Part shown: positions 13,755-28,029 of the stretch, piece after piece
Layout of the letters: every line of letters starts with the position of its first letter
How positions within the stretch are numbered: the first letter of the stretch is position 1
From: Eledone cirrhosa
Lineage: Eukaryota
Direction of reading: 5' to 3'
NCBI GenBank assembly: GCA_964016885.1
Contig: OZ024740.1
Coordinates: 358,918,001 to 358,982,000, forward strand
DNA length: 64,000 bases
The notes under the pieces: model-generated
What the model was told of the DNA's origin: nothing
Databases searched by the model: none
Seen by the model: the letters and a program-made list of their open reading frames with translations, nothing else
Position numbers and translations under genes: made by a program

Positions 13755-14030
13755 TGTCAGGTCACCAGTTGCTGCTACTGGTAACATGTATCCCAGTACA
13801 ACCTGTCCCATGGTCGGGTCGTTGGCGACTAAACTGGCAACCCCACCAAGGTTTCTTGGTGAGGAGGGTGACTTTGGACATCCTGCAGGACTAAAAACAA
13901 CCTGTCAAAGGGCAAAGGAGGTCTTAAGAGTCAATGGCCATCCAAAATCACCGGGAGAGATGACCCCATATCCTATGTCAAGGCAGAATTCTAGAAGAAG
14001 GAAAACTCTGATATAACACCTGCAACTCTG
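13755..14030 (+). mobile_element. Probable RTE-type LINE 5' UTR remnant with decayed HDV-like fold
   Basis: ccagt-aca-acc-tgt...gtcgttggcga-ctaa-actgg arrangement; taaaaacaacctgtc and agaagaaggaaaactctg motifs recalled from RTE leaders. Confidence 0.4.
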
Positions 14031-14925
14031 ATGGTATCCAATGATGTTGACTTGTTCTTCTTTTTGGTAAATATCATCTTGGTTAAGAGAGTGGGACTGG
14101 CTTTGTGCAGTGCCTTTGCTCACTATAAAAGCTTCATAGCACAGGCATTGCTTTGTATCTGGAGATCTCTCTGCACTTGTCGTCACATGGTACCATGGGC
14201 CCAGCACTATGTGTCAATAATTGTACCAGAGTTTTCAAGTCGCTAGCTGGACTAGAAAGTCACACTTGTTCAGTGCATCGGTAGGGGTTCTCCTACATGG
14301 ATATAAAGTAGTGGCCGTACTCGAAAACGAGTTGGCAGCCACCATGTATATATATATATATACTACAGCAGAGGCCAGACGATCTTGATTCTAGAGTTCG
14401 GCTAGATCGTTACAGATCGAACCTTGAGCTGATCAATAGCAAAACGCGCGTCACTACTCAATAAACGTAATGAAGGCATAATAATTCGTTCTTTTATTAT
14501 CATATTTACACTCTGTTTAGTTCTACGCCGCGTTACAGACAGGAAAATACGCACTCCTTTCAATCAGGTTTTTTTTTAATATGGAAACCCTGAAAATAAT
14601 CTTGATTTCTCGTTTTGTAATTGGCTGCTGTGGCTCTGACTGTATCGTCCCAATTAGCAAAACCATGATGTAACAAATAAAAAAAGCACTAGATGTCATG
14701 AGTATTCTATCAATTTTGATATGGTATCGCATCGGTAACGTAGGACAAAGTTAATTGCATTTATAAGATAGTACGAAAGGTAGATTTCATAACTTCTTTC
14801 ATTGCGCAATACCCATACGACATTATTCTGTGGCGAAATGGTTATGTCATGATAATATGACGCAATCTATGACACGGCGTCTTCAGATGGCACATTTGGT
14901 AATCCATGGATTACCTAAAATATAT

Positions 14926-15156
<231 letters not shown>

Positions 15157-15810
15157 GAGATTTGAAGAATGTGCATAATTTTATATTTGAGTAGTATTTC
15201 ATAGTAAACATCTATTTCGATCATTTTATTTGTTTCAATAATAGTTTGGTTATTTCCATGTTGTGTATAGGCTATGGCTTATCTTATACAGACTTTCTGA
15301 CACACTGCATCACACCGTTAGATGATATGGTGTTTAGGGATTATACCTTGTCTGGGTCGTTCGCCTTGGGGAGTTTATTGTTCATTAGACGCAAAGAAAT
15401 AAGATATTTTATGCATAAACTACATATAACGACTGCAGGTTAATAATATCTGGGTATCGTATACCAGTGAATTGTACAAGTCTTCATTCGCGGAATGTAG
15501 GGATGCGTGTCGGTAGCGAACTTAACGTAAGTTATGAGTTGGGGTTACCTGTGAGTTCAACGTTATTTTCTGTACTTTGATTGCAGGTTAGGGCAATATA
15601 TATATGTATATATGTATTTATATATATATATATATATATATAAAGAAGGAAGAGTAGTAAGGAACCAGGTGGACCATAACGCACCAGAGTACTCAATAGG
15701 AAAATGGGGGGCGGGGGTTAATGAGTGTGGGAGTGAAGAAGTGTTGATGAAGATTTAAAGGAATTATATATATACACATATATATATATATACAAGAGCT
15801 GAAAGAAAAT

Positions 15811-15985
15811 TATTTTCTACTTTTGGCATAAGGCCAGCAATTACCCCAGTGCATTACAGGTACTTTATTTTATCGACCCCGTAAGGATGAAAGGCAAAAT
15901 TAACTTCTGCGGGATTTTAACTCAGAACGTGAAGGGCCATAACTCTATGCTGCAAAGCATGGTGTCTGGCGCTCTACCGATTCTG
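15811..15985 (-). mobile_element. Nin-domain tRNA SINE
   Basis: ttttatcgaccccgtaaggatgaaaggcaaa core. Confidence 0.8.
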
Positions 15986-16652
15986 GAAAGAAAATAGTGA
16001 ATGGTAAAAGCAAGATAATTGATTGAGTGTGATGGGGTGTTTAAGGAGTGTTTTAGAAAAATCTTGTGAAAGTGCCCTCCTGCTGGTTCTATTTCAATAG
16101 GCGACCTTTGGTGAATGAAATATAATGGCTGGATGCTTTTCAAATACTTTTCTTATAACCTATATTTACCTGATATGACAATTACGATTGAGTGGAATAC
16201 AGCCAGTTGTATTGAATATATAAATACAACTGTTTAATATTTTGACTTAAAATATGACATATATATAAAGAATCATTAGAACATCTGACTGATGAAATGA
16301 CAAGTCAGTCAATCATATTGGTGGCCTCCCCACAGCCCCGGCGGACAGAATGGAGAAGGCGTTTCCCCGGAAGACGGCAAGAGAGACGTGCTGGGGGGGG
16401 GGGGGGGTTAACGAGGTGTAAGATACATTTTGATAAAAAGGGGATGACAGCAAAAAGAAAAATAAGTTTAGTTTGGGAATATTTGTTGATAGAAATGTAT
16501 TGGTTTGTGAGGGGAGGGGGGATCATGCTAGGTCACATATTTACTTCCCTACATATAAACATACATACAGCCCCTATACATATTCTAGTTCATACACACC
16601 AATATCTCTACACATGCACATGCTCTCACACATATATACTTGAATATACTTG

Positions 16653-16738
<86 letters not shown>

Positions 16739-16739
16739 G

Positions 16740-16789
<50 letters not shown>

Positions 16790-17349
16790 TAGGGTGGCAC
16801 TTATTTTTCAACTTCTAAAAATTTAGCTCCCAACCCACTATCTTGTCCCAATCAACAAAAGACCAATCTCTGCAAACACCTGCAAGGCGACATGCATCGA
16901 CTGAGAAATGTTGACGTTTTCGCCCAGAAAGTCATTTTTTCAGATAAAACTTTTTTATCTCTTATATAATTTTCTCTAAAATTAAAAACTTGTACAGACT
17001 TATTCTTGGTATTAGAAGGATAAGTGACACTAAATATAATGGGGAAGGCAACTTGCAAAGCTGAGGAGAGAACGCAGGGATAGGGCAAACACCTATTTTT
17101 CGCTGAGGGAGCAGCAACATTTTTAGGAGAATTACCTATTGCTAAGGGCCACTCTAATATACATATATCCGTATGTGGTTGACAGCTGAGAGAAATGAGT
17201 ACTCGGTATTGAGTAATATATATATATATATATATATATATGATAAATATATATATATACCCTCCTTACTATCCTTGCTTTCATATTTCTCCTTGCTCCC
17301 CTCTTTTCATTGTATTTGTATATAAACATATAAACAAGTAGATTGATAC

Positions 17350-17930
17350 AATGAGAAGAGGAGAGCAAGGAGGAAAGGGGAGTAAGGAGAGCAAGGATAA
17401 AAGGAGAGCAAGGAGAGCAAGGAGAAAAGGGGAGCAAGAAGAGCAAGGCGAGGAAGGAGAAAAGGAGAACAAGAAGAGCAATGAGAAAAAGAGAGTAAGG
17501 AAACCAAGGATAAAAGAAGAGCATGGATAGCAAGGATAAAAGGAGAGCAAGGAGAACAATGAGAAAAGAAGAGCAACGAGAGCAACCAGAAAAGGAGGGC
17601 AAGGAGAAAAGAAAACACGAAGAGCATGGAGAGCAACGAGAAAAGGAGAGCAATGAGAAAAGGAGAGCAATGAGAAAAGGAGAGCAAGGAGAGGAAGGAC
17701 AAAAAGGAGAGCAAGGAGAGCAATGGGAAAATGAGACAAGAGTAAAAGGAGAGCAAGGATAGCAATGAGAAAAGGAGAGTAAGAAGAGCAATGAGGAAAG
17801 GAGATCAAGGAGAAAAGGAGGGCAATGAGAAAAGGAGAGCAATGAGAAAAGGGGAGCAATGAGAAAAGGAGAGCATGGAGAACAAGGAGAGCAAGGAGAG
17901 CAACGAGAAAAGGAGAACACAGAGAGGTTA
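17350..17930. repeat. Purine-rich degenerate minisatellite (ggagagcaa / tgagaaaa units)
   Basis: Repeating aggagagcaatgagaaa-like units; source of the long CSP/LLS ORFs. Confidence 0.9.
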
Positions 17931-17999
17931 AGGCAAATATTGCTCAAGTTATGCTGGAAGCAGACAAAGGTGAAGAAGAGGAAGAAGAAAAAACTCAAC

Positions 18000-18352
18000 T
18001 GAAGAGGTACATTCTGCATCAAAATGACTTTTCTTCCTTCACAAACATCGAGTTTTCGTCTTTTCTAACTCCTGGTACAAAAACTTACTTCACAAGATTT
18101 TCTATCAGCACCGATTTCCTCGACAAAGACCCTTCAGCATGGAAGGATGACCCTGGTTACAAAAGTGGACTTGAAAAACTTGAGAAGAGAGTTTTTGTAA
18201 ATGATGTTGCAGAAAGAGGTGTCAAACTCATTCAGGATTACAATAACGTTCTCACAAAAAATAAAACTGAGAAACAATTTGTTTTACAGATCGTTACCGA
18301 AAACTATAAAACATACCTAACAGCCAATAAATCCTCTCTTATGCAAAAATAA
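18000..18352 (+). pseudogene. Transposase C-terminal fragment (hATm-like)
   Basis: FLDKDPSAWKDDPGY...VFVNDVAERGVKLIQDYN motif inside the TIR pair. Confidence 0.75.
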
Positions 18353-18922
18353 TGTTCAAAGTTCAGTGTTCATTTTATGTTTTTGATTCTATAGAAATTA
18401 TTGTTGCAATTAATGTTATTTCAGGAATTTTTCAAACTATTGATAAATTTGATTCGGAACGTTTTTAAGCATTTGCTGGGGTTGCCTGGATGTCTCCACA
18501 TAAAGTTCTCTAAGAAGAAAAAAGAAAATGGTCGAGATAGGGAACGGTATACAGCTTTTGAACAGAATTAATCGTTGCGTATACTATGTTCCAACATCAA
18601 GGCGTTTGAGGGTCGCATAACAGTTGTCCGATTGAGGTGAAATTCTGCATACCCCTCTTTTTTGTTGAATGAAACAGGAAAATTACTATTTGCTAAGGGC
18701 CACCCTAATAAATATGTACATACACACATTCCAGTGTTTGACCAGATCGATACAGATCGAACCTTGAGCTGATCAATAGCGAAACGCGCGTCACCAATCA
18801 TTAAACATAATGTATTATCATTATACTACACTCTGTTTAGCTCTATACCTCGCCACTGACGTGGACCTAAACATTGAGTGCTCACCTGGGTGAACATGCA
18901 GTAACTTCACGTTACACTCCCT

Positions 18923-18995
<73 letters not shown>

Positions 18996-19035
18996 TATAT
19001 ACTTTCAAACGTTCAATCAATTGACAGGAGGGTAT

Positions 19036-19078
19036 ACGGTGCTGATGACAGCTAATAAGCTAGAAACTAGTTCATCGT
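19036..19078 (+). ncRNA. Minimal type I hammerhead ribozyme
   Basis: acggtg-CTGATGA-c(agct aata agct)a-GAAA-ctag-TT-catcgt; palindromic stem III aactagtt. Confidence 0.75.
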
Positions 19079-19331
19079 TCCTTTGTCAGTGTTGAACAAA
19101 ATGGCAACGATGGTAGCCGAACACTGTACGGCTAATAATTCGGGCTGTTTGTTTACAAACAAACCGAGCATTATAATAAATGTTCGGTAAACCCATACGT
19201 ACATATATATATATATGTGTGCATGTATGTATATACTTACTACTGTACATCTGTATACATATATGTATGTACGTGTTCATACTTATATTTAAGTATCAGC
19301 CGTACTAAGAGTGGGAAATGAAATTTCCTTT

Positions 19332-19419
<88 letters not shown>

Positions 19420-19429
19420 AAGAGAGAGT

Positions 19430-19465
<36 letters not shown>

Positions 19466-19723
19466 AAGAGAGAGAGATTTGTTTTATCATTTACTAGTTC
19501 CACTCACCAGACTGTGGAAATGGTGCGGTGACAGCCTAGTGTTTTAATCGATCACATTGTACCCGGTAATTATTTTCTTAGTCTTGGTTTATTGAAGTTA
19601 TTCATCACTCGCCATATTCAGACAGCAAAATTCTATTTATATGTATTCATTTGAAACGGTGCACTCCCCTAAGGTATTTTTCTTGTCTCACACACTCATA
19701 AACACATATATATTAATACAATT

Positions 19724-19867
<144 letters not shown>

Positions 19868-19912
19868 CATATATATATACATATATATATATATGTATAT
19901 ATATATACACAC

Positions 19913-19944
<32 letters not shown>

Positions 19945-20822
19945 TATATATATATATATATATATAGGTAAACCAAAGTTTGTTTTCTTTTCAATACATA
20001 TTAATGCTATGTGATGCTGCTTATTTTCCAATCTTTCGGATCTTAACTCTCGGAGCTTCCGGACCTTATCTCTGATTTATTTGATCTGCATGCTTATAAT
20101 CATAACAACATATTGAGCTTCCCATCATCTTGTTTAATAAAAATTGAGAATATCACCATTTATAAATCTTTGTACACACATATATATATATATATATAAA
20201 TATGTATGTGTGTGTTTGTGTGTGAATGCTTGTGTGTATTTTTATGCAAACACACATGCAGTGAACGCAGTGAATACACATACCACAACGATCATAGAAC
20301 GCTCGCTCCGCTTTCCCTCCTTTACTGTCACACATTATCGCTTACCCAATCTCTTGTTTGTTTTAATTTCAACTACGTTTGCTTCTCTCTTTATCCTATA
20401 TTTTTTATCCCTGATCTCTGATGCACATTCTAACATCCATGGCCATTAGATATATCTTTTTATATGTGTTTTCGAATTAATTCGGGTTTCTTTTACGAGA
20501 TTACATTCGTTCTATTGCCCTTTTTCGGTTAATGGTGGCAAGTGACTTTTCTCTATTGATTTATATAAGGTATATAAGAAAATGTCCTTTCATTTGAAGG
20601 ATTCCAATTAAAAAAATGTCCTGCTATATAATTTAGTTGAAGACGGATGCTTTAGAGTAACTTAGGGGAAAAAACACTACTGCTCAGTGAACTGTTTTGA
20701 ATTTATTCAAGAAACTCAAAATATCACATGCACAAACGCAAATAAACACACACAACATCCACACGTAGATACACGTACACCCACACACCCACATTTACAC
20801 ACACGCATACACAGAGAGAGGG

Positions 20823-20926
<104 letters not shown>

Positions 20927-20936
20927 CATATATTAC

Positions 20937-21006
<70 letters not shown>

Positions 21007-21007
21007 C

Positions 21008-21245
21008 AAAACGTATGACCCCGACGGCAGAGATCAAGCCGTTTCGACGGCTATTTCTGGACTAACGGCAGAGCTCAAGCCGTTTCGACGACTATTTCTG
21101 GACTAAATTTAGTCCAGAAATAGCCGTCGAAACGGCTTGAGCTGTGCCGTCGGGGTCATACTTTTTCCTATTTCCCACTCTACTACCCTAGGTATTGAGT
21201 ACTCAGGTGCGTTATGGTCCATCTGGTTCCTTACCACAATTCCTA
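21008..21245 (+). mobile_element. (TA)n-embedded fold-back insert carrying 3' half of a hammerhead (Penelope pLTR-like)
   Basis: Inverted arms centred at ~21107; GAAA-cggc...gccg-TC-ggggtc at 21129-21157; ~41-bp duplication in left arm; tail homologous to 15657-15700 (minus). Confidence 0.65.
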
Positions 21246-21274
21246 TGTATGTGTGTATATATATATATATACAT

Positions 21275-21627
21275 TTTAAACAAGGACAACATTTCACAGT
21301 TAAACGCAACTTTACATGTGCATCTGAAAACCTAATCTATGTTTGACCTGCTCAGGTTGTCGAGAGCACTAAATAGGACAGGCAAAAAACAGCCTCCGAC
21401 AACGTATGACCGTCCACAAATCACAATTCAAAATACAGGAATACAGAAAGATTGCGTTGCGTGAACATATCGCCAATTGTGCACCCAACCCACATCCAAA
21501 CTTTAAAATTTTTCCCCATTTACAAATTCATAGACAACGTTACTTTCACCCATCGTACCAATAAGGAAACGTATTTCATTATCAAATTCCAACCTCTACT
21601 TAATGGACTAAACTTCGGACTAAACTA
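21275..21627 (+). pseudogene. Penelope-like element GIY-YIG endonuclease fragment
   Basis: Hand translation across frameshifts: FTCASENLIYV/LTCSGCREH*IGQAKNSLRQRMTVH...KETYFIIKFQPLLN. Confidence 0.85.
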
Positions 21628-22047
21628 AAACTGGAACGAACAATCAAACATTTACAAATACCTATGTCTCTCTAAAGAGTCACCTCCCTTACACCCTACC
21701 TAATCCTTTTTCTTAAATAAATTAAATATGATCCAGCATGAATTAACTCCCCTGCATATTAACTCTCTAAAAAGGGAAAACATATCAAACCCCAGTCCAC
21801 CATTTGCCTCCATCATGGATCAACTAAGCACTCTTGCTATATTAACACATTTTGATCTGCTTATCTTCAAGAACTATGCCTGTAAATTACATTATTTTTT
21901 CTTACACATTGCCTTACTAAGCTCCACATTACGTACCTTTTCTTCTTTTTTATTTTCACTTCATAAACGTTGTTCGTAAATAACATTATTCTTTCTGCAC
22001 CATTTCTTTAACATGTCCATCACCTCCATTCTACACCAATACATATT

Positions 22048-22095
22048 ATTATCATTTGATAATGCATAAAAATGCTGAAACCGGTAATAGACAAT
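22048..22095 (+). ncRNA. Type I hammerhead, U3-A8 core variant, in 3' region of the Penelope fragment
   Basis: TTGATAA-t(gcat aaaa atgc)t-GAAA-ccgg-TA-atagacaat; weak bulged stem I. Confidence 0.6.
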
Positions 22096-22286
22096 TATTA
22101 AATATATAAATAAATAAATAAATGCCATTGTTAATTAATAAATAAATCAACTAATAACTTACCACTTAAACACAAAGTAAAATATTTCGTTTTAATCATT
22201 TTCTAACCCAGAAAAAAGAGAGAGGAAAATAAAAAGGGATAAAAATATATTTTTCTTCCTAATAATCGTCGTTTTCTCCCTGTTTT

Positions 22287-22572
<286 letters not shown>

Positions 22573-22637
22573 TCGGTTTCAACACACGTTTTCAAATAAA
22601 GAATCTTGCTAAACAAATTCAGAAACGAAATATATAT

Positions 22638-22753
<116 letters not shown>

Positions 22754-22758
22754 GATTA

Positions 22759-23238
22759 TATGAAATGATTACAAAGAAGAATATACCGTTAAAACCTGTT
22801 TATATAAGAAAGCACCTACATACGTTTCGCCCGAAAAGGGCTTCCCAGGGGCATAACACTCCGCTGGGCAGGCGGCGCAAATAAACATCTGTAAACCAAC
22901 TATGCATCTCAGACCCTGCTCGAATTGACAATAGTAAAGCAGCACCCACAAAATAGTAATGGGAAACACCATCATGTGGACGGGTAATGAGTAGTAGGGG
23001 GAAAATTATTCAAACACCGGCCAGAGTTACTCCCCTTGCTCTATGGCAAAAACAACACATGTGTTTGAACGAAGAATGAACTTTGATGTAGTTTTAACCT
23101 TAAAATCCCTCCCGAGTCATGTACTGAACATTTTTTAGTCTTCTATGCCCTTGAGAAGCTCTTTTCGGCGAAACGTACGTAGGTGCTTTCTCATATAAAC
23201 AGGTTTCAACGGTATATTCTCCTTTGTAATCATTTCAC
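22759..23238. mobile_element. Fold-back insert with ~95-bp arms, each carrying a hammerhead-like motif
   Basis: Right arm gccc-TTGAGAA-gctcttttcggc-GAAA-cgtacg-TA-ggtgc (23147-23186); left arm is a diverged reverse complement. Confidence 0.7.
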
Positions 23239-23398
23239 TTGTAACCGCTCTGCTTATATTCTTGCCCGCTAGATATGAACGCTTCTAATATTTAACCCTG
23301 TATGCACAAACTATTGGCAACTAACTATATGTTTCGCTTATCTCTTCTCTCTCTCTCGATAATTAAATATTCTATATATATATATATATATATATATA

Positions 23399-23788
23399 CT
23401 AGCAGTGTATCCCGGCGTTGCACGGGCAAGAACATTGATAATAGCACCTCCAATGAGAAACGTTTATTTGTGAGTGCCTGTTAAAAACTCACGAAAATAT
23501 ACCGACAGGAAACTTGTTTTATTTGGAGAAAATTAAGAAGTTGAAAGTACAGTTTAGCTGTCTACTTGCATTGTTCATAGAAATATTGTTGAGCCCCTTC
23601 TTTTCATACTCCTCTGTTTTGGCCTTTTGGAGTAAATGTGAAAGAGAAAGTCACAGGTTAAGTTGGCAGAAAGTTCCAGTGTCATAGCAGTAAGGCGTAG
23701 GCTACTGACCTCAAAAGTTCATTCGCACTCTTTCCACTAAGTTACTCTTTCTCTATCCCTCTCGGTGCACTCACACAGTACACACACA

Positions 23789-23790
<2 letters not shown>
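23399..23790 (-). mobile_element. Non-autonomous Helitron-like element (3' terminus recognisable; 5' boundary approximate)
   Basis: Minus strand ends in hairpin cccgtgcaacgccggg followed 8 nt later by CTAG|T. Confidence 0.6.
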
Positions 23791-23865
<75 letters not shown>

Positions 23866-24060
23866 TGTGGGATGTTCAAAGCATTCATATGCGGTAGGCC
23901 GTTCGAGCACTCGATGACATAGCAGAGTATAATATTACATAAGAAACAGAGAATCGGTGGTGCGACGAATTAACATTTATTAGACATATTACAATGATCG
24001 AACCTGACTAAATTGCAAGATTAATCGTCTTAATCTTGGAAAACCTGTTTCGAAAGATTA

Positions 24061-24157
24061 AGACGTATCTGAGGATCTTGCGATTTCAGAGTCAGGTTCG
24101 ATCATCGCATCGATCCTGCCTCGAGTTGGTCGCCAGAGAAACGATTGTAATATGTCT
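24061..24157 (+). ncRNA. Type I hammerhead with extended stem II, inside fold-back insert 23931-24207
   Basis: agacgtat-CTGAGGA-tct..gcgat..gtcgc..aga-GAAA-cgattg-TA-atatgtct (8-bp stem I). Confidence 0.78.
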
Positions 24158-24259
24158 AATAAATCTTAATTCGTCGCACCACTGATTCTCCGTTTCTTAT
24201 GTGATATATATATATCCTCTTTGGATTTTAGTCTTCAAATTTATTATTATTACTAGATA

Positions 24260-24360
<101 letters not shown>

Positions 24361-24372
24361 ATATATATATAT

Positions 24373-25062
24373 AATAAATGTAATCTGAGTTTTTCGAAAT
24401 TCGATTCGTTTGCAACTATGCAAACAAGCCTCAATTTTATAGCCATGTCAATAGAATAAACACTTCATTCTGTTCGCATGCCAACATAAGAGCAAGAATG
24501 AAATGTTCATTCTACTGACATGGCTATAAAATTGAGGCTTGTTTGCATAATTGCAAACGAATCGAATGTTATTACTAACATTCGAAAAACTCAGATTACA
24601 TTTATTGTATTCAGCCATGCAGAGCGAAATTTTCTTTTTTATTTGAATTTGGCAAAGCCGTCCATTTATCGCTCGTATACAGGAAACTGACTGGCCAGTC
24701 TGCTAATATGCAAATCTGGCTGATCAGTGGATCTGCTAATATGCAGATCTGACTGATCAGCCAGTCTGCTAATCAGGCCGATCATTCACTGTGTATTTTT
24801 GAAAATACCATGTTTTCACTAGCTCTGACAGTTTGGCAGGTGAACAGTGAGCTGTACTGATGAAGGATGATACCCAGAAACATTAGTGTCTGCAGTTCTG
24901 TTCGCATGCCAACATAAGAGCAAGAATGAAGTGTTCATTCTACTGACATGGCTATAAAATTGAGGCTTGTTTGCATAATTGCAAAAGAATCGAATGTTAT
25001 TACTAACATTCGAAAAACTCAGATTACCTTTATTGTATTCAGCCATGTAGAACGAAAATTTT
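24373..25062 (+). mobile_element. 428-nt hammerhead unit present ~1.4 times, plus inverted 5' arm, in (TA)n
   Basis: ttctgttcgcatgccaac at 24468 and 24896; 24373-24470 is reverse complement of ~24495-24607. Confidence 0.85.
24849..24898 (+). ncRNA. Type I hammerhead ribozyme
   Basis: gagctgta-CTGATGA-aggatgataccca-GAAA-cattagtg-TC-tgcagttc. Confidence 0.82.
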
Positions 25063-25145
25063 TTTATATATATATATAGAACAAGAAGTGTAAGTCAAAA
25101 GGTTAAAATTAACTTCGTTTATTCATATTCGCTGCAACACAAACT

Positions 25146-25198
<53 letters not shown>

Positions 25199-25450
25199 AA
25201 ATGTTCAAAGGCAAGAGAATGTGAAGATGGAAACATTGAGGCTTACAAGCTTCCAATATAATTCTTATTTAAACTAATAAAGTCTTAATTACTAACAAAT
25301 CTTCAAAATATGTATTAAGCCAGCAAGGGAACGCAACAAACCACAGTTGTTATTAATAAGTAATTGTTATTAATAAGTAATGAGGATTTAGAAAATACCA
25401 TTTTATAATTAAATTATAAATGTCATTATATATATATGGATATATATATG

Positions 25451-25503
<53 letters not shown>

Positions 25504-28029
25504 CTGTGTGTGTGTCTGGATCTGCGTCTCTCTTTATGTATAATTGTGTATAATTGTGTATATTTGTATGTGTGTGTGTGTGAGCATTCGTAATCTTTTA
25601 AAAGTGACGTATTTTTCTCTTAAATTAATTTCCACATGACTGATGAGAAAATATATCTTATTAATTAGATATCCAAATTTTCTGCATATATTTACTAAAT
25701 TATTAATGCAAAATTCTTTCCAATTCCGGTTACCATAAGTATCATAAGTGATTGAAATTGTTAGTTGCATTGTACTACTTCTAACCTTTACAGGGGTATT
25801 ATATAGTATATTAATGTTACTTATTTTATTAAGTTCGCACCATGGCAATTCAGAGTTGCCTATAGTGGAATTGTATAGCGGGTTCTCTCAGAAGCGTCTC
25901 CAATTTATCTAAAAGTATCCTCAAGCGTGACCATCCGAGCTCATCGATGTTACCCAATCTGGGCGGTGGAGTTTCTGTCTCCTTTCAAATGTACAGTACC
26001 AGAACCACGAAGAATTGTTAAAGAAATCCCCGATTCAAATCTGATATATAATACATTTTGCTATCTGTGGTGTACATTGATTTAGTAATAGGAAAACACA
26101 TGTATTAACAATGATTGTATAGCCTTATCGTTTACTTTATTTTGTTGCTTCCATTCTTTCAGAACTAATAAGATAATCAGGAATTTGTTGGGGTCATTTC
26201 AAACAATTATAGGTTTACTGCTTATAGAACATGCTTTGTTCTTAGTCAAATTAAATCATCAACTATTTGAACGAAAGGGTAATCCTGTTTATAATAATAT
26301 TTGGAAATCAAAGAGCTGTTTACAATTTTGTGGTCAACTCCGTAAGTTTATATCTATATATAATATCTCACAAAGTAATTGCCAATGAGAGCTTGAAATA
26401 ATATTTAACGTATAAATTAACTTTATTCTACACCCTCAAAGCACTCTCAGACACTCATAATTCTGAATCTGTGAATTACTGTATCAATAGAGTTCTCTCA
26501 GAAATAGTATGTTGGGTATCCAGAAAAACAATCAAGCTATACAGTTTGAATCCTTTTAGCGACAGAACGTACAACTTTAGCTACGGATACTTAACAGTAA
26601 TTAAGTACCACAAGGAAGGAACATATCGCTAGAGTACTGAACAACAGAGCTGTAGAATTGACATGTGCTACTTCAGATCATAATGCTGAGATGAGTTTGT
26701 ATTCTGTGTGTATACCTAGAAATGGGATGGATTCTGTCAAGAGAGTTTTTCCAAGACAACCAAGAAAGTCAATGACTATTTTCTTCTCTTCTGTGGTATC
26801 CGCATGACCAAATGGATAATGAAGGAGCTAATGTTATCAACTGAACTTGGTATATAGAGACAATATTCATTTAGGATTTACTCATGACACACCATAACTT
26901 GAGAGGCAGGAGAACTATCTGTCAGTTATCTACACCAGTCTCACTATATTCACCACTCGTGTTCTAATATAAAACAACTGAGCACATTAAACGTACCTTA
27001 TTAGTATTTCATACTCAATGTTACGAGTTAAAATTCTGCTGAATATTTTTGTAAAAAATATTTGTGTTAAGCGAAATGATTGTGAAATATACATTTTAAT
27101 TATGTACACTGAATGCATAGCGAATTCTCTAAGACGGCAGTTAAAATACGACTTAAATACATTTTGATAAAATTATTGACCAGATTTCTCTTACAGCATA
27201 AGCACACTATAATAAAGTTCTATTACAGTTTTGTTCAAATACATTAGTTTTTATTTAAACATAACAAAGCACGTGTATTTATGAGCTTTTACGTAGATTC
27301 GCAATACATTTCTGATGATAATTATGATAAATCTTTTTAATATAATTACTAAATTAATTATTTTTCAGAAAGTAAATCTGTCCTTAAATTTGATCATGCA
27401 AAATTTGAGGGTTTGTGCCAGTGGTAGCTATTAATAAAGTATATAACATGCTATGTAGGCCCTCGTAAAATCGATGAAATATCGATGAAATATCGTCAAT
27501 TACTATGAATTTTATTTGGAAGTCCTTAACAAGAATAGTCGTTGCTAAAACGGATCAACACCTCCTACTGAAATATAACTTAATCTAGAAATGTATTACA
27601 ATGTACCAATATAGGAACTTTATCTAAATAGGAGTTAGAATTATCAATTTTTAAAGATTTTAATAAGTCAAATATATCGATCAAGGTAATAGAGCAAGTG
27701 GGAAGTTAAAATAGATGAACGATGAATTGAACTCTTTGTCTGATGCTCTAACCTTATCCACTGAATAAAATTATGGTTTCTTATTTTATTTTCACACAAA
27801 GCTAGCAGTTTTTTTTTTTTGGGGGGGGGGGGGGTAGTTAGTTATATAGACCTCAGTTCTTGAGAAGTACTTTATTTTATCGACTCCGGGAGAATGAAAT
27901 TCCATTTGAACTCTTGGTATCATAATAATGGAAGGAGTAACATCATGTGAAAAGTATGAAACCTCGACACACTGAAATCTCTTGATATAGTAGCACCTAG
28001 TGAAAAAAGAACCTGAAAAGTAATGGAAG

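Larger units (their letters stand above)
16790..18707 (+). mobile_element. hAT-superfamily (hATm-like) DNA transposon remnant(s)
   Basis: Left TIR tagggtggcactta (16790); right TIR taagggccacccta (18694-18707); second right TIR taagggccactcta (17143-17156); flanks acacatat/ataaatat match 6/8. Confidence 0.7.

Noticed and set aside
14425-14460. CTGATCA as a hammerhead core (also 18769)
   Set aside because: C3-C8 mismatch and no stem II; better read as the 3' strand of a long stem II whose 5' core is lost, so counted only as a half
17132-18022. 296/192/152-aa Cys/Ser/Leu-rich ORFs
   Set aside because: Antisense reading of a purine minisatellite lacking stops
25840-26960. Coding-like stretch, possible ancient element or exon
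   Set aside because: Stops in the frames I read and no motif recognised
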